64,000 nt of DNA from Chamaesiphon sp. (GCA_965246715.1 CBDFFH010000052.1:83137-147136); one strand, 5' to 3'. Numbered from the stretch's first letter, positions 11,356-21,914 are shown. Program-made: numbers and translations. Notes: generated by a model from the letters alone, not told the origin.

Positions 11356-12006
11356 ATGCTGTTTAACATTGCTATTACCACAGGTGTCTTTTTACTTGCT
11401 TACCTATGTGGCTCGTTGCCGACTGGATATCTAGCAGGTAAGTTATTACAAGGGATCGATATTCGCGAACATGGTTCGGGTTCGACGGGAGCGACAAATG
11501 TCTTGCGAACTTTGGGTAAAGTTCCTGGTTCGATCGTGTTGTTAATTGACGCACTTAAAGGCGTATTGGCAGTGACGATCGCGCGGGAGATATTTACGCT
11601 CGATCTGTTCCCGACATTGCCCAGCCAATGGGAAGACTATTTAATCCCGTTAGCCGCTACCGGTGCGTTGCTGGGGCATAGTAAATCGATCTGGCTAAAG
11701 TTTGGTGGGGGTAAATCTGTCGCTACTGGGGTAGGTGTCTTACTGGCGATGTCTTGGCAAGTTGGCTTGGCAACGATGGCGGTATTTAGTCTGACGATCG
11801 CAATTAGTCGGATCGTGTCGATTAGCTCGATTGTGGGGGCACTTTCGGTTACTTTGTGGATGGTGGTATTCGCCCGACCTTTGCCAGCGCTAGTTTTTGC
11901 GATCGTTGGCGGTATTTATGTCACTTGGTTGCACCGCAAGAATATCGATCGACTACTTGCCGGTACGGAGCCAAAACTCGGACAGAAGCTAGAATCGAGT
12001 ACCTAG
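11356..12006 (+). CDS. plsY: Glycerol-3-phosphate acyltransferase PlsY
   Basis: DIREHGSGSTGATNVLR, GGKSVAT, HRKNIDRL...E motifs. Confidence 0.95.
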   Translation: MLFNIAITTGVFLLAYLCGSLPTGYLAGKLLQGIDIREHGSGSTGATNVLRTLGKVPGSIVLLIDALKGVLAVTIAREIFTLDLFPTLPSQWEDYLIPLAATGALLGHSKSIWLKFGGGKSVATGVGVLLAMSWQVGLATMAVFSLTIAISRIVSISSIVGALSVTLWMVVFARPLPALVFAIVGGIYVTWLHRKNIDRLLAGTEPKLGQKLESST

Positions 12007-12026
12007 CCACTTTCTACCACTATCTA

Positions 12027-13148
12027 CTACCCAACCGCCCGAGCTGGCGCTAAAATCTCCGCATATAGGTGTTCGATTCGATCGATATTGCCCGTCAGGG
12101 TATAACGGTTTAACACTCGCTGACGGGCAGATTTGCCCAGAATCTCGCGCCATGCACTATGCTCGCGGATGACCGGGAGGATGGTGCGGAGTTGAGCGGT
12201 CACGCCTTGAGTGTTGATGACAACACCAGCCCCTTCGGCGATCACGGATGCATCTGCACCCGCATCGGTAGCAACACAGGCAATACCACAAGCCATTGCT
12301 TCTAATAGCGAAAGCGATAAACCTTCAACTAGAGAGGGGAGAATAAATACATCAGCACCGCGTAGAATTTCGATCCGGCGCGCATCATCGCGAATCGCAC
12401 CCAACCAAAAAACACCTTGCTCGGTATTGTAAAACGGTTCGAGATTTGGCTTGAGCGGGCCGTCGCCAACTAATAATAGTTTGCAACCATAGTTGCTCAT
12501 ATTGCAGTATTTCCAAGCTTTTAATAGGGCTTCGACATTTTTTTCAGTAGAGATGCGACCCTGATAAACATAAATTTGCCTGGCATTAAATTCGGCTTTG
12601 ATATTACTAGTACCGGGGGTGTATTTTTGGTCGTCTACACCATTGGGGATAATCACCAATCGATCGCGTGGTACTCCGAGTTTGACTAGTAAATCTTGCT
12701 GTTCTTCGCAAAAAATAATCGTTCGATCGTACTTAGCTAAAAATGGTGCGTAGAGTTGATAAGCAAGTAACTGAGTCGTTGAAGTAGCATTGCGCCTTTT
12801 CCCATCATAGGGAGTATGAAATGTGGAAATTAACGGTAAATTTAGCTCTTGGCAAATTTCTGGAAGTAAAAAATCTAACCCAGATAAACACAGAGAAGCA
12901 TGGACGATATCTGGTTTACGACGGCGAAGGGAACGTTCGAGTACCCGTTTGGCTCTGATTGTGGGGATTGTAAATACTTGAGATTTATAGAGAAATGGTA
13001 AGGAAACATCATCGCCATCAGCGATCGTGTCCGCAAAATGCATAAAGCTGACTTTATGCCCGCGATTAGTTAAGGCACCAGTAATTTCTCTACCATAAGT
13101 GACATTCCCACAAAAAGGTGTTTTTTTTCCCAACCACGCAATATGCAT
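12027..13148 (-). CDS. dgdA: GT4 glycosyltransferase, digalactosyldiacylglycerol synthase
   Basis: MHIAWLGKKTPFCGNVTY N-terminus typical of cyanobacterial DgdA; EGLSLSLLEAMA motif. Confidence 0.8.
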   Translation of the reverse strand: MHIAWLGKKTPFCGNVTYGREITGALTNRGHKVSFMHFADTIADGDDVSLPFLYKSQVFTIPTIRAKRVLERSLRRRKPDIVHASLCLSGLDFLLPEICQELNLPLISTFHTPYDGKRRNATSTTQLLAYQLYAPFLAKYDRTIIFCEEQQDLLVKLGVPRDRLVIIPNGVDDQKYTPGTSNIKAEFNARQIYVYQGRISTEKNVEALLKAWKYCNMSNYGCKLLLVGDGPLKPNLEPFYNTEQGVFWLGAIRDDARRIEILRGADVFILPSLVEGLSLSLLEAMACGIACVATDAGADASVIAEGAGVVINTQGVTAQLRTILPVIREHSAWREILGKSARQRVLNRYTLTGNIDRIEHLYAEILAPARAVG

Positions 13149-13318
13149 CTTTCGTTAAATCGATCTATGTTCGCTAAACTGTTGGATATTTGAATTTAAA
13201 TATTAATATGTCTCAAATATACCAGTAAAGTCTGTCACGGCAATAGAGGTCGATCGATTTTGGAGGTACCATCATGCTGACTCTGCTGAAAGCGATCTTG
13301 GTAGGCATCACTCGGTCA

Positions 13319-14167
13319 TCATGAATTGAAGTCGGGTAATTCTAGCGGAATACGCCCCAATACCCCCGTCCGAAAATCATTGAGAATCAGATGGGAGGTG
13401 CGTTCTAGATCGCCGCGATATTTTTCCTCAGCCAGATGATGCAGGTACTCTTCACCACTTAAAGTCGCTGGTACCGAGCCATATCTGGAACTAAATCCTT
13501 CGACATAGCCCAACTCTTGACACAACTCGATAAATGCTGCTGCCATACTCTGCCGATCGTATCCCGCTTCACCGATATCATCGCAGATTGCCAGCTTGAT
13601 AGCTGCTTCCTGGTCGTTCAAGCGTCCGGGAATGATCCCTGGGGCATCCAATAATTCTAATTGCTCGGAGAGCCTTACCCACCGCAATTGGCGGGTTACA
13701 CCAGCTCGTCTGGCACTATCGACCACCCGTTTATTCAACAACCGATTGATCAGTGCTGACTTTCCAACATTTGGAAACCCAATCACGACAGCGCGTACCG
13801 GACGTGGTAACATGCCACGTTCTTTGCGTTTTTGGTTGATGGCGACTCCGTATGACTGAGCGGCTTTGGAGATGGCGACTACCCCAGTGCCCTGTTGCGC
13901 GTTGGCAAAATACGGCTTTTCGCCCTGTGCTTCAAACCATTCGATCCACAAGTCTTTGACTGTTTGGGGGATCATATCGACCCGATTGAGGATCAGCAGT
14001 CGTTGTTTATTGCCAATCCACGTCGCCAATAATGGGTGATAGGTAGCAAAGGGAATGCGTGCATCGCGCACTTCGAGGACGACATCGACTTTTTTTAATT
14101 GTTCTTGAAGTTGGCGTTCGGCTTTGGCTATATGGCCAGGATACCATTGAATCGCGGGAATAGGCAT
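13319..14167 (-). CDS. rbgA: Ribosome biogenesis GTPase RbgA/YlqF
   Basis: IQWYPGH, DARIP, GFPNVGKS, DAPG motifs. Confidence 0.95.
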   Translation of the reverse strand: MPIPAIQWYPGHIAKAERQLQEQLKKVDVVLEVRDARIPFATYHPLLATWIGNKQRLLILNRVDMIPQTVKDLWIEWFEAQGEKPYFANAQQGTGVVAISKAAQSYGVAINQKRKERGMLPRPVRAVVIGFPNVGKSALINRLLNKRVVDSARRAGVTRQLRWVRLSEQLELLDAPGIIPGRLNDQEAAIKLAICDDIGEAGYDRQSMAAAFIELCQELGYVEGFSSRYGSVPATLSGEEYLHHLAEEKYRGDLERTSHLILNDFRTGVLGRIPLELPDFNS

Positions 14168-14177
14168 GAGAGTTGAC

Positions 14178-14199
14178 CCTTCGACAAGCTCAGGGCAGG
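14178..14199. repeat. REP-like repeat CCCTTCGACAAGCTCAGGGC
   Basis: Widespread palindromic extragenic motif, just upstream of rbgA. Confidence 0.5.
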
Positions 14200-14539
14200 T
14201 AGTTGACAGTTGACTGTTATCAGTTTAACGGGTGGGATCTAATTTTTCTGGAGATCGGGTCTCTTTGGCACTATCAATAATAAATAAAACTCCAGGTCTC
14301 ATCTTGGACTGAGTGTAGATGACGGGTTTGAAAGTCCCCAAATTATTGCGATCTGGATGTAAAATTGTTTTTACTACTCTAAAATTTAAAGACTTAAGGT
14401 GAGTTATAACCACGCTTAGTCAGCAATCGATCGCTTCACTCGCTAAGACAGTCACAGGTACATCGAACAACAATGCAATAAAGCTAGAACGAGACAATAT
14501 CACTTTTCTATATGAAACAGGTTCTTTTAAATCCAATTT

Positions 14540-15575
14540 TTGGTCAGCCACACCAGATGTAACACTTAAATCTGGTGTGTTTTTGCTGATGATTTCTATT
14601 ATTGCTGCTTCAGTAGGGTTGCGATATGATTTTCAGGAGATTACCAATATTTTGCGATGGACGGGTACCTGGATTACTGGACTCGGTACGCTAGCCAGTA
14701 TTTTAGCTCCGTCAATTGCCAGGGCGGACGAAGGAAATTGGAATGGTATTTTAGCTCACAAAAACGTGTTTGCTTTTTGGATTGCTCTAACAGCATCATT
14801 ATGGTTTTTTCATGCAATCTATCATCGAGAAACCCGGTGGTGAGCTATTGGCATCAGCCTTACCTGTCTGGTAGTAATGATTTTTGCAGGTTCGGGAATG
14901 GCAAAAATCATGTTTTTAGTAACGATCGGAGTATTGTCTATTTTTTATGTACTTAAAAAAATAGACTTTCGGAAAGTTCTCACCACTCTGATTATAACGA
15001 TTGTCATTGCGATCCCATCGCTCCGTTGGGTATTGATAAACAAGCAATTTATTTTTGCTTCTCTCGGTAAGGATGCAACATTGACGGGCAGAACAGATTT
15101 TTGGCCTCAAGTTATCGACGCAATCTGGGAACGTCCATTGGTTGGCTATGGTTATCAAGGATTCTGGCAGGACTGGCGCGGAAGTGAAAATCCTGCCGCT
15201 CACATTATCAATCACAATGGATTTGTTCCACCTCATTCACACAGTGGTTACTTGGAAATACTGTTAGCACTAGGCATAGTTGGCTTAATATTGTTCGCAT
15301 TTTCACTGATTAATAATATCGTTAAGCTTTTTGCTTGTATGCCTTACACCAAGCACAATGAGTTTGAAATTGCGGTTCTATTACTGATTTTTATATTAAT
15401 GTCAAATTTTTCGGAAGCTGGGCTATGGGGAATTACACACTATACCTTTCTGTATGTGTTCCTGACAGTTCGACTTCAGATCGATAGCACCAGATTTAAA
15501 AGAAATAGATCGATTGACTCACTCGATCGCGATCGACAGGAACAGACCACTTTTATTCAATTCACTAAAAAATAA
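14540..15575 (+). pseudogene. O-antigen ligase/polymerase (Wzy_C/ExoQ-like), 5'-truncated and frameshifted near 14840
   Basis: WNGILAHKN, LGKDATLTGRT, GYGYQGFW and HSHSGYLE motifs are split over two frames; AT-rich. Confidence 0.75.
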
Positions 15576-15799
15576 TTTTTAGGTAGTAATAGTGCATATT
15601 CTCAATAGTCTTATCTTATTGAAAATGTAATCGCTACGATCCAATGGCTTCGTTTTAATTATTTTTCGATCGCGTGGACTAGCGGAATGTGGGTTTAACC
15701 GATCGAGATGCACGATCGAACTCTATCGATCGAGCAAACCCAATAACATTTCGATCGAGTATTCAATTTCAGCAGATCGATCGTCGTAGCTCAAATACT

Positions 15800-16171
15800 T
15801 CAATTTAATTGCTTGACAGGAGTAAAGTGCCCTAACAAAAATTCCTCTAAGTTTTCATAAACTACTTGCACACGATTAGCACTATCTCCATGTGGCATCA
15901 CTGCTGTAATTTCTAACATTGCTTCATTTGGAGGATATTGACATAAAACTCTAATAATAACGTTACTGATTTGGGTATTTGGATTTTTATTTTTAAAATC
16001 ATCGCTAGTAATAAAATATACATACGTACTGAGCTTATCAGTTAACAGTGTATAGCGTTCTATCTCATTTTTAGTGCCGCCACTATCCACGATATATAAT
16101 TCTAATCCATTTGGAATATCTTCCAGCGATTTAGCAACTATATCGATTGTATCAACACTCTGTAAAGCCAT
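15800..16171 (-). CDS. Hypothetical protein (DUF6572-like)
   Basis: 123-aa AT-rich ORF; IDIV...LL.KL.TY..FI.S pattern. Confidence 0.5.
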   Translation of the reverse strand: MALQSVDTIDIVAKSLEDIPNGLELYIVDSGGTKNEIERYTLLTDKLSTYVYFITSDDFKNKNPNTQISNVIIRVLCQYPPNEAMLEITAVMPHGDSANRVQVVYENLEEFLLGHFTPVKQLN

Positions 16172-16239
16172 CTGCTCATAATCCTAAATGAAGTACAGTA
16201 TTAGAGTTCCCTGAGATTTACAAGAAATTTATGTTTTAG

Positions 16240-19071
16240 TTACTCAGCTATAATCAATCTCGATCGAACCACCTTCACCAACTGCAATTCCACACCAGAA
16301 ACCTGTTCAAACATAAACACCATCTGTTCTGGACGCAACAACGTCCCATCATTCGCACAACTACCCACATATTTCAACTCCACATCTTTCTCACCAGCAC
16401 CTTTCAGCAACTCCAATTCATACAATCGATCGCGTAAATTAATCTGTGTATTTTTACCAGATTTAGACTTTTTATCCTGAATAATTTCCTGACTAGCTAA
16501 CACCGCCGCGATCCAAGCTTCCCATTGGGGAGGTGTTTCGCTAGCTGATGAAACAGTAATCAGATATTCTGCTTGAGAGATTAATGCCGAAGCAGCAGGT
16601 TGTTTGAGATCGACAGATTCTACTCGATAGATCGGAATATCTGCGGGTAATTGCGCTGCTAATTTGGTGTGAAATTCTGCTTCATCCATCATGCTGGTGA
16701 GTTCAAAATCGGCGATTTCACCCGTACTTGTCGAGCCTAATGGTAAAGCGTTGGCAATCATGATGCGGGGAGCGGGATGGAAGCCCCCACTATAAGTTAC
16801 AGGGATACTGGCGCGGCGGATGGCTCGATCGAAGAGTTTGGCTAAATCTAAATGCCCGATTAGGGACATTTTGCCACTTTTGCCAAACCAAACGCGCAGC
16901 CGCTGGGCTTTGTCGGTGTTGGGGCTGAATTGTCCAGTGAATTCGGGAATGGGGAGGGGTGGGACGATGACATTGTGCCCGAAATCGGTGCCACACACGC
17001 CGCAATGGGAGCAGCCATCAAATGAGCAATCAGGGACGATGCCAGCGGCGAGGGCGCGTTCGAGGTCGTCTTGGAGCCACTTTTTATCGATGCCCGTGTC
17101 GAGGTGATCCCAGGGGAGGGGGGCGTTGAGGTTGTGGGGGAGGGTGATTGGGTTGTTTGTGGGTGGCGGGGTGGGCAGGGTAACCATTAAGGGCACCCCT
17201 ACGGATTCTGGTGTGTTGATGGGATCTGTTTGTGCGGATTCGCCTGTGGCGATGCGGGACTTGAGTTTTGGGGCGCGACTATTAATTACAGATATTGGCG
17301 CAGCACTAAGATCTGTAGGGGTATCCCTTGTGGGTACCCTGCCATCGTCGCTACCCACACCAAATCCCTGCTTATCACCCGATAACCCAACGGATGAATC
17401 ATTCTCAAATATATTCCATTCGCCATTTTCGACGCGGCGATATTTCCAGTCTAAACCAGCTTCGTCGATCGCTTGTGCCCAGGCACCGTAGGCTTTTTCC
17501 AGACTTTCCCACCAGGCATCCATACCTGCTCCGAGTTCCCAGGCGCGACGGATCACGGGGGCGAGAGATCGATCGCCTCGTCCGACAAAATCTTCCATAG
17601 CCGAGATCCGCACGTCGGTATAATTGACTTTAACGTCGCGCAGATTGTAGAACTCATTTCTGAGTAATCGTTGTTTGCGATCGAATTCGGTGGTGGAAAC
17701 TGAATGCCATTGGAAGGGGGTATGGGGTTTGGGGGTGAAGTTGGAGATCGTGATATTAAAGTGCAAAGTGCGTCTACCTTTTGCCCAACATTCCCGTTTG
17801 AGCCAGCGCACGGTTTCGGCAATCCCGACGACATCAACATCGGTTTCACCTGGCAAACCGATCATAAAGTAGAGTTTGATCTTATCCCAACCCTGCTCGA
17901 AGCCAGTCTTCACGCCGCGCAGCAATTCTTCATTCGTCAAACCCTTATTAATAATATCCCGCAACCGTTGGGTACCCGCTTCCGGCGCGAAAGTTAAACC
18001 ACCTTTGCGAGTACCGCCGATGATATTGGCGATATCTTCATCAAATCTATCTACCCGCTGACTGGGGAGGGAGAGCGAGATATTCTCATCCTTGAGCCGA
18101 TTCTTGATTTCCAATCCCACGGCGGGAAGGGCGAGATAATCCGAGCAACTAAGCGAGAGGAGCGAGAACTCATCATAACCCGTCGATCGCATTCCAGTCT
18201 CGATCGCATTAATTACCGCTTCCGGCTCCACATCCCGCGCTGGGCGAGTCAACATCCCAGGCTGACAAAACCGACAACCACGGGTACAACCACGGCGAAT
18301 TTCGATGGTTAAGCGATCGTGGACGGTTTCGACATAGGGCACCAACCCGATCGAGTATGCTGGAATCGGGGTAGCTACTCTTCTCAAAATCCGCTCTGGT
18401 ACGTCGGGATGATTTGGCTTCACACTCCCATCGGCGTGAGAATCGTAAAATTGGGGCACATATACGCCCGGAACCTGAGCCAGATCCAATAATAAATCGC
18501 GCCGACTCAACCCCGCATCTTTACCATCTTCAACCACCAACCCAATTTCGGGTAATAACTCTTCCCCATCTCCCAGGGCAATAAAATCAAAGAAATCCGC
18601 GTAAGGTTCGGGATTGGATGTCGCCGTTTGTCCCCCTGCAAAAATCAGCGGATAATTACCCGCCTCACGTTCGCGCCACGTCAGGGGAATTCCGGCGAGA
18701 GTCAACATTTCTAATATATTCGTCGCACCCAGCTCATAGCTGAGACTAAAACCAAGGATATCAAATTCAGCCAGAGACTGCTGCGACTCCACCCCAAATA
18801 ATGGTGTCTGAGTATCGCGTAACTTCTGCGCTAAATCCGCTGCGGGTAGATAGGCTCGATCGCACAATTGGCGCGGCTGGGCATTGATAATACTGTAGAG
18901 GATAATATGCCCCAGATTGCTCGCCCCGACTTCATATATCTCTGGGTATGTCAGTGCCCAGCGAACTGTCGCACTCTCCCACGGTTTATGCACCGCGCCG
19001 AGTTCGTTACCGAGGTAACGCGCGGGTTTGAGGATTTCAGGAGTAATGAGACTATCTACTGCAACTGCCAC
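16240..19071 (-). CDS. B12-binding radical SAM protein (TIGR03960-like) fused to a DUF2344/TIGR03936-like domain
   Basis: KPARYLGNE N-terminus (GTG start 19071), RGCTRGCRFC motif, C-terminal GHLDL...FDRAIRRA domain. Confidence 0.9.
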   Translation of the reverse strand: MAVAVDSLITPEILKPARYLGNELGAVHKPWESATVRWALTYPEIYEVGASNLGHIILYSIINAQPRQLCDRAYLPAADLAQKLRDTQTPLFGVESQQSLAEFDILGFSLSYELGATNILEMLTLAGIPLTWREREAGNYPLIFAGGQTATSNPEPYADFFDFIALGDGEELLPEIGLVVEDGKDAGLSRRDLLLDLAQVPGVYVPQFYDSHADGSVKPNHPDVPERILRRVATPIPAYSIGLVPYVETVHDRLTIEIRRGCTRGCRFCQPGMLTRPARDVEPEAVINAIETGMRSTGYDEFSLLSLSCSDYLALPAVGLEIKNRLKDENISLSLPSQRVDRFDEDIANIIGGTRKGGLTFAPEAGTQRLRDIINKGLTNEELLRGVKTGFEQGWDKIKLYFMIGLPGETDVDVVGIAETVRWLKRECWAKGRRTLHFNITISNFTPKPHTPFQWHSVSTTEFDRKQRLLRNEFYNLRDVKVNYTDVRISAMEDFVGRGDRSLAPVIRRAWELGAGMDAWWESLEKAYGAWAQAIDEAGLDWKYRRVENGEWNIFENDSSVGLSGDKQGFGVGSDDGRVPTRDTPTDLSAAPISVINSRAPKLKSRIATGESAQTDPINTPESVGVPLMVTLPTPPPTNNPITLPHNLNAPLPWDHLDTGIDKKWLQDDLERALAAGIVPDCSFDGCSHCGVCGTDFGHNVIVPPLPIPEFTGQFSPNTDKAQRLRVWFGKSGKMSLIGHLDLAKLFDRAIRRASIPVTYSGGFHPAPRIMIANALPLGSTSTGEIADFELTSMMDEAEFHTKLAAQLPADIPIYRVESVDLKQPAASALISQAEYLITVSSASETPPQWEAWIAAVLASQEIIQDKKSKSGKNTQINLRDRLYELELLKGAGEKDVELKYVGSCANDGTLLRPEQMVFMFEQVSGVELQLVKVVRSRLIIAE

Positions 19072-19224
19072 AATATTGGTTCCTATGCTATGGGATCGAG
19101 TGCGGACATTTCGGATCTCTATGATAGCGTCTAACCAACAAGCGGGAGACACGGAGCGGCTTGAATGTTAGGATTATAATGGGAACTCAAACTCAGTTAT
19201 TTTCCAAAGAGTGAAAACCAATCT

Positions 19225-19638
19225 ATGGCTCGCGATCTGTTTCACAATATTGTTAGGATAGCGTTAGAAAAAGATGGTTGGATAATTACTAACGATCCTT
19301 TGAGTATTCGGTGTGGAGGTGTCGATATTCAGATCGATTTAGGCGGAGAGAAACTACTTGCAGCAGAAAGAGATAAACAGAAAATTGCTGTAGAAGTCAA
19401 GAATTTTGTCACAGCCTCAAAAATTTCCGAGTTCCATACCGCATTAGGACAGTTTATCAATTATCGGACGGCACTAAGATTGGAAGAGCCAGAGCGCATC
19501 TTATATTTAGCAGTACCCTTGGTAACTTACAACGATTTTTTTAATTTGCCATTCACTCAAATAATCATAGATGAGAATCGAGTAAAGATATTAGTTTACG
19601 ATACTGAATCCGAGGAGATCGACAAGTGGATAAGTTAG
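19225..19638 (+). CDS. xisH: XisH-family protein (PD-(D/E)XK fold)
   Basis: MARDLFH...ALEKDGW...IAVEVK...ALGQFINYR. Confidence 0.92.
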   Translation: MARDLFHNIVRIALEKDGWIITNDPLSIRCGGVDIQIDLGGEKLLAAERDKQKIAVEVKNFVTASKISEFHTALGQFINYRTALRLEEPERILYLAVPLVTYNDFFNLPFTQIIIDENRVKILVYDTESEEIDKWIS

Positions 19639-19961
19639 AACTGTATAGATCGATAGTTGTAGAGATATTAGCTAAATACTCTCAATATAAGCCCAGCTAT
19701 GGACAAGTAGAGATCGAACAAATTTTCGATCGAGAGCACGATCGATATCTATTACTTGCTATCGGTTGGAATCAACAAAAAAGGATATATGGTACGACGA
19801 TTCATCTAGACATCCAGGATGAGAAAATCTGGATTCAACAAAATACGACCGAATTCGATCTGGCTAACGATTTAGTAGAGATGGGTGTACCGAAGCAGGA
19901 TATCGCGATCGGGTTTCATACTCCTAAAATGCGCCAATTAACAGAGTTTGCAGTGGGATAA
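19626..19961 (+). CDS. xisI: XisI-family protein
   Basis: MDKLE.YR...FDREHDRY...KIWIQ...GVPKQDI; overlaps xisH. Confidence 0.92.
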   Translation: MDKLELYRSIVVEILAKYSQYKPSYGQVEIEQIFDREHDRYLLLAIGWNQQKRIYGTTIHLDIQDEKIWIQQNTTEFDLANDLVEMGVPKQDIAIGFHTPKMRQLTEFAVG

Positions 19962-19972
19962 ACCTGTCAATT

Positions 19973-20060
19973 CACCGCACCGAGTTTGTTACCGAGGTAA
20001 CGCGCTGGTTTGAGGATTTCAGGAGTAATGAGACTATCTACTCCAACTGCCACGATTTTG
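19973..20060 (-). repeat. Duplicate of the first ~27 codons of the radical SAM gene (direct repeat of 18991-19078)
   Basis: ~88-bp near-identical copy with few mismatches. Confidence 0.9.
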
Positions 20061-20158
20061 CCCCTGGTTCGGATTGATTGGGCGATTATCTATGGTAGCG
20101 CGGATTCTTTGTCTGAGATTGGGAATATTGATTGTAGTGTTATTTCACTCGATCGACA

Positions 20159-20740
20159 ATGATAAGCAAATCCACCATGCAATTTAACATCAAGCTTTTA
20201 GAAGCAAAAAAAGCGATTGGTATTCCCACGTTCAAACGAGACAATCTTCTAATAATTGCGTTAACAGATCCATCAACACTAGATTGTCCTGAAATTTCTG
20301 TGCATGAACGAGAAAATCGTAAAAAACAGTATCGACGACTTGCCCTACTTGGGGATGCTTTGTTTGATGCTGTATTGATAGACTATCTATTTGAAGTCAA
20401 TGCCGAGCTGACAAAGGAAGATATAGATGATTGGAGACAAGAAGTTGCTTCTAGAAAATATTTAACAGAATTTGCGATTGAATTAGGATTGCCTAACTTT
20501 AGCTCTTCATGGAGTAAGAAAAACCGTAAACCTCCTACGGAAGAGCCTGGTCTTTGGGGTGAAATGTTTGAAGCAGTTATTGGAGCTATTTTCCTAGATC
20601 GAGATCGTGATTTTAGTCAGTTGTCTGGGTGGTTACAAAATCGCTTTATTCGTCCCGCTATTGGTAGTAAAGTTGGAGATGAAGACTATAGTGGATATTA
20701 TGATGATTCTGATACATATTATACTAAGGACGAATTTTAA
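20159..20740 (+). CDS. Ribonuclease III catalytic-domain protein lacking a dsRBD
   Basis: RLALLGDA and GEMFEAVIGAIFLD signatures. Confidence 0.8.
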   Translation: MISKSTMQFNIKLLEAKKAIGIPTFKRDNLLIIALTDPSTLDCPEISVHERENRKKQYRRLALLGDALFDAVLIDYLFEVNAELTKEDIDDWRQEVASRKYLTEFAIELGLPNFSSSWSKKNRKPPTEEPGLWGEMFEAVIGAIFLDRDRDFSQLSGWLQNRFIRPAIGSKVGDEDYSGYYDDSDTYYTKDEF

Positions 20741-20943
20741 CGGTTTTCAGTATATGTACATGGATATTTCCCATGTGAAAATGATGATTAAGGGTTGATT
20801 CTGGAGAGGGCGGGTTTATGCTAGGGATATTGAAATGTACTGATTAATCTTGAACGAACCCGCCCATCATCTCTAGATATATTCGACTATTTGGGTTTGT
20901 AGGTTATGGATTCGATAAGGGTGGGGAATTGGGGACTCGATCG

Positions 20944-21294
20944 TTACAATTCTCTCATCCGAATTTTGTTATTATCGATCGTGCTGAAATGTCCTGCCCA
21001 ATCACTACGCATTTCAAGCACAGATATGATTTTTTCAGTGAATATAATACTCGATGGCGATTGAATCCGAAATAGAATTATGCCGCTAGTGGCGGGAAGC
21101 TCCGTTACAAAAGCAAGCTCACCAAAATCCTTATCAAAGGTCAGTAAAATCCGATCTTCTGCTTGAGCAAACTTTAGCACCTCAGGATCGGAAATCCCTG
21201 GCGATGTTGTGCGAATCCAAATAACATCATATCTATTCGCCTGTAATGCCCGTACCGCAAAGCCTGGAAAATTTTCATCCGCAAGAAAGCGCAT
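20944..21294 (-). CDS. DUF5615 PIN-like toxin
   Basis: MRFLADEN...D.EVL...RILLTFDKDFG. Confidence 0.88.
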   Translation of the reverse strand: MRFLADENFPGFAVRALQANRYDVIWIRTTSPGISDPEVLKFAQAEDRILLTFDKDFGELAFVTELPATSGIILFRIQSPSSIIFTEKIISVLEMRSDWAGHFSTIDNNKIRMREL

Positions 21295-21297
21295 AAA

Positions 21298-21525
21298 TTA
21301 GGCAGGAATGGGGTATACTTTTTCGGTTTTGAGAGCTTCACTCGCATAGCTCAAACAAGCGCGGATATCTTCGGTCGTAATCTGATAATTTTCGATAATA
21401 TCCTCTGTACTCCATCCTTGAGCGAGAAGATCGATGATAAATTCGACAGCCAGACGAGTTCCTTTGATGATGGGTTTACCAACGAGGATCTTGGGTTCAA
21501 CAACTATTCTTTCTTGCCAGTTCAC
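21298..21525 (-). CDS. DUF433 antitoxin
   Basis: RIVVEPKILVGKPIIKGTRL...EDIRACL.YA. Confidence 0.9.
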   Translation of the reverse strand: MNWQERIVVEPKILVGKPIIKGTRLAVEFIIDLLAQGWSTEDIIENYQITTEDIRACLSYASEALKTEKVYPIPA

Positions 21526-21670
21526 GATCGACTACCTCCATACAACTAATTTCTATTTTATCGTGTCTCGTTCGCGTTGGCGCAGCGTACCGGAGGTAAT
21601 CGAACCCGCCCGTCATCTCTAGACATGTTCGATCGATTCGGATTTGTGGATTGTAGTAGGGTGGGCATTG

Positions 21671-21914
21671 CCAGCCCTTTTAATGTGACAAAAACAACAC
21701 ACCTGTAACCTCGGAAATCCGTCATCAGATCGATCGAGACTAGTGGTTGAGTGCCCCTCTTCGAAGCTTGCGCGCCGTCTTCGGCGGTCGAAAAACTGCT
21801 CATAATTCGCTCGAAGAGGGGCATGCCATAATTGAAAATGATTCAAAACCGCATTCTATCATCGATCGAAAAACAGTAGCAAAACAGTAACTTCTGTCAC
21901 ATTAAAAGGGCTGG
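21671..21914. mobile_element. 244-bp MITE with 20-bp TIRs and a 10-bp TSD
   Basis: CCAGCCCTTTTAATGTGACA / TGTCACATTAAAAGGGCTGG; GTGGGCATTG on both flanks. Confidence 0.85.

Noticed and set aside
19225..19961. Heterocyst-type fdxN excision element
   Set aside because: No xisF serine recombinase or interrupted nif/fdxN gene; standalone xisHI pairs are common.
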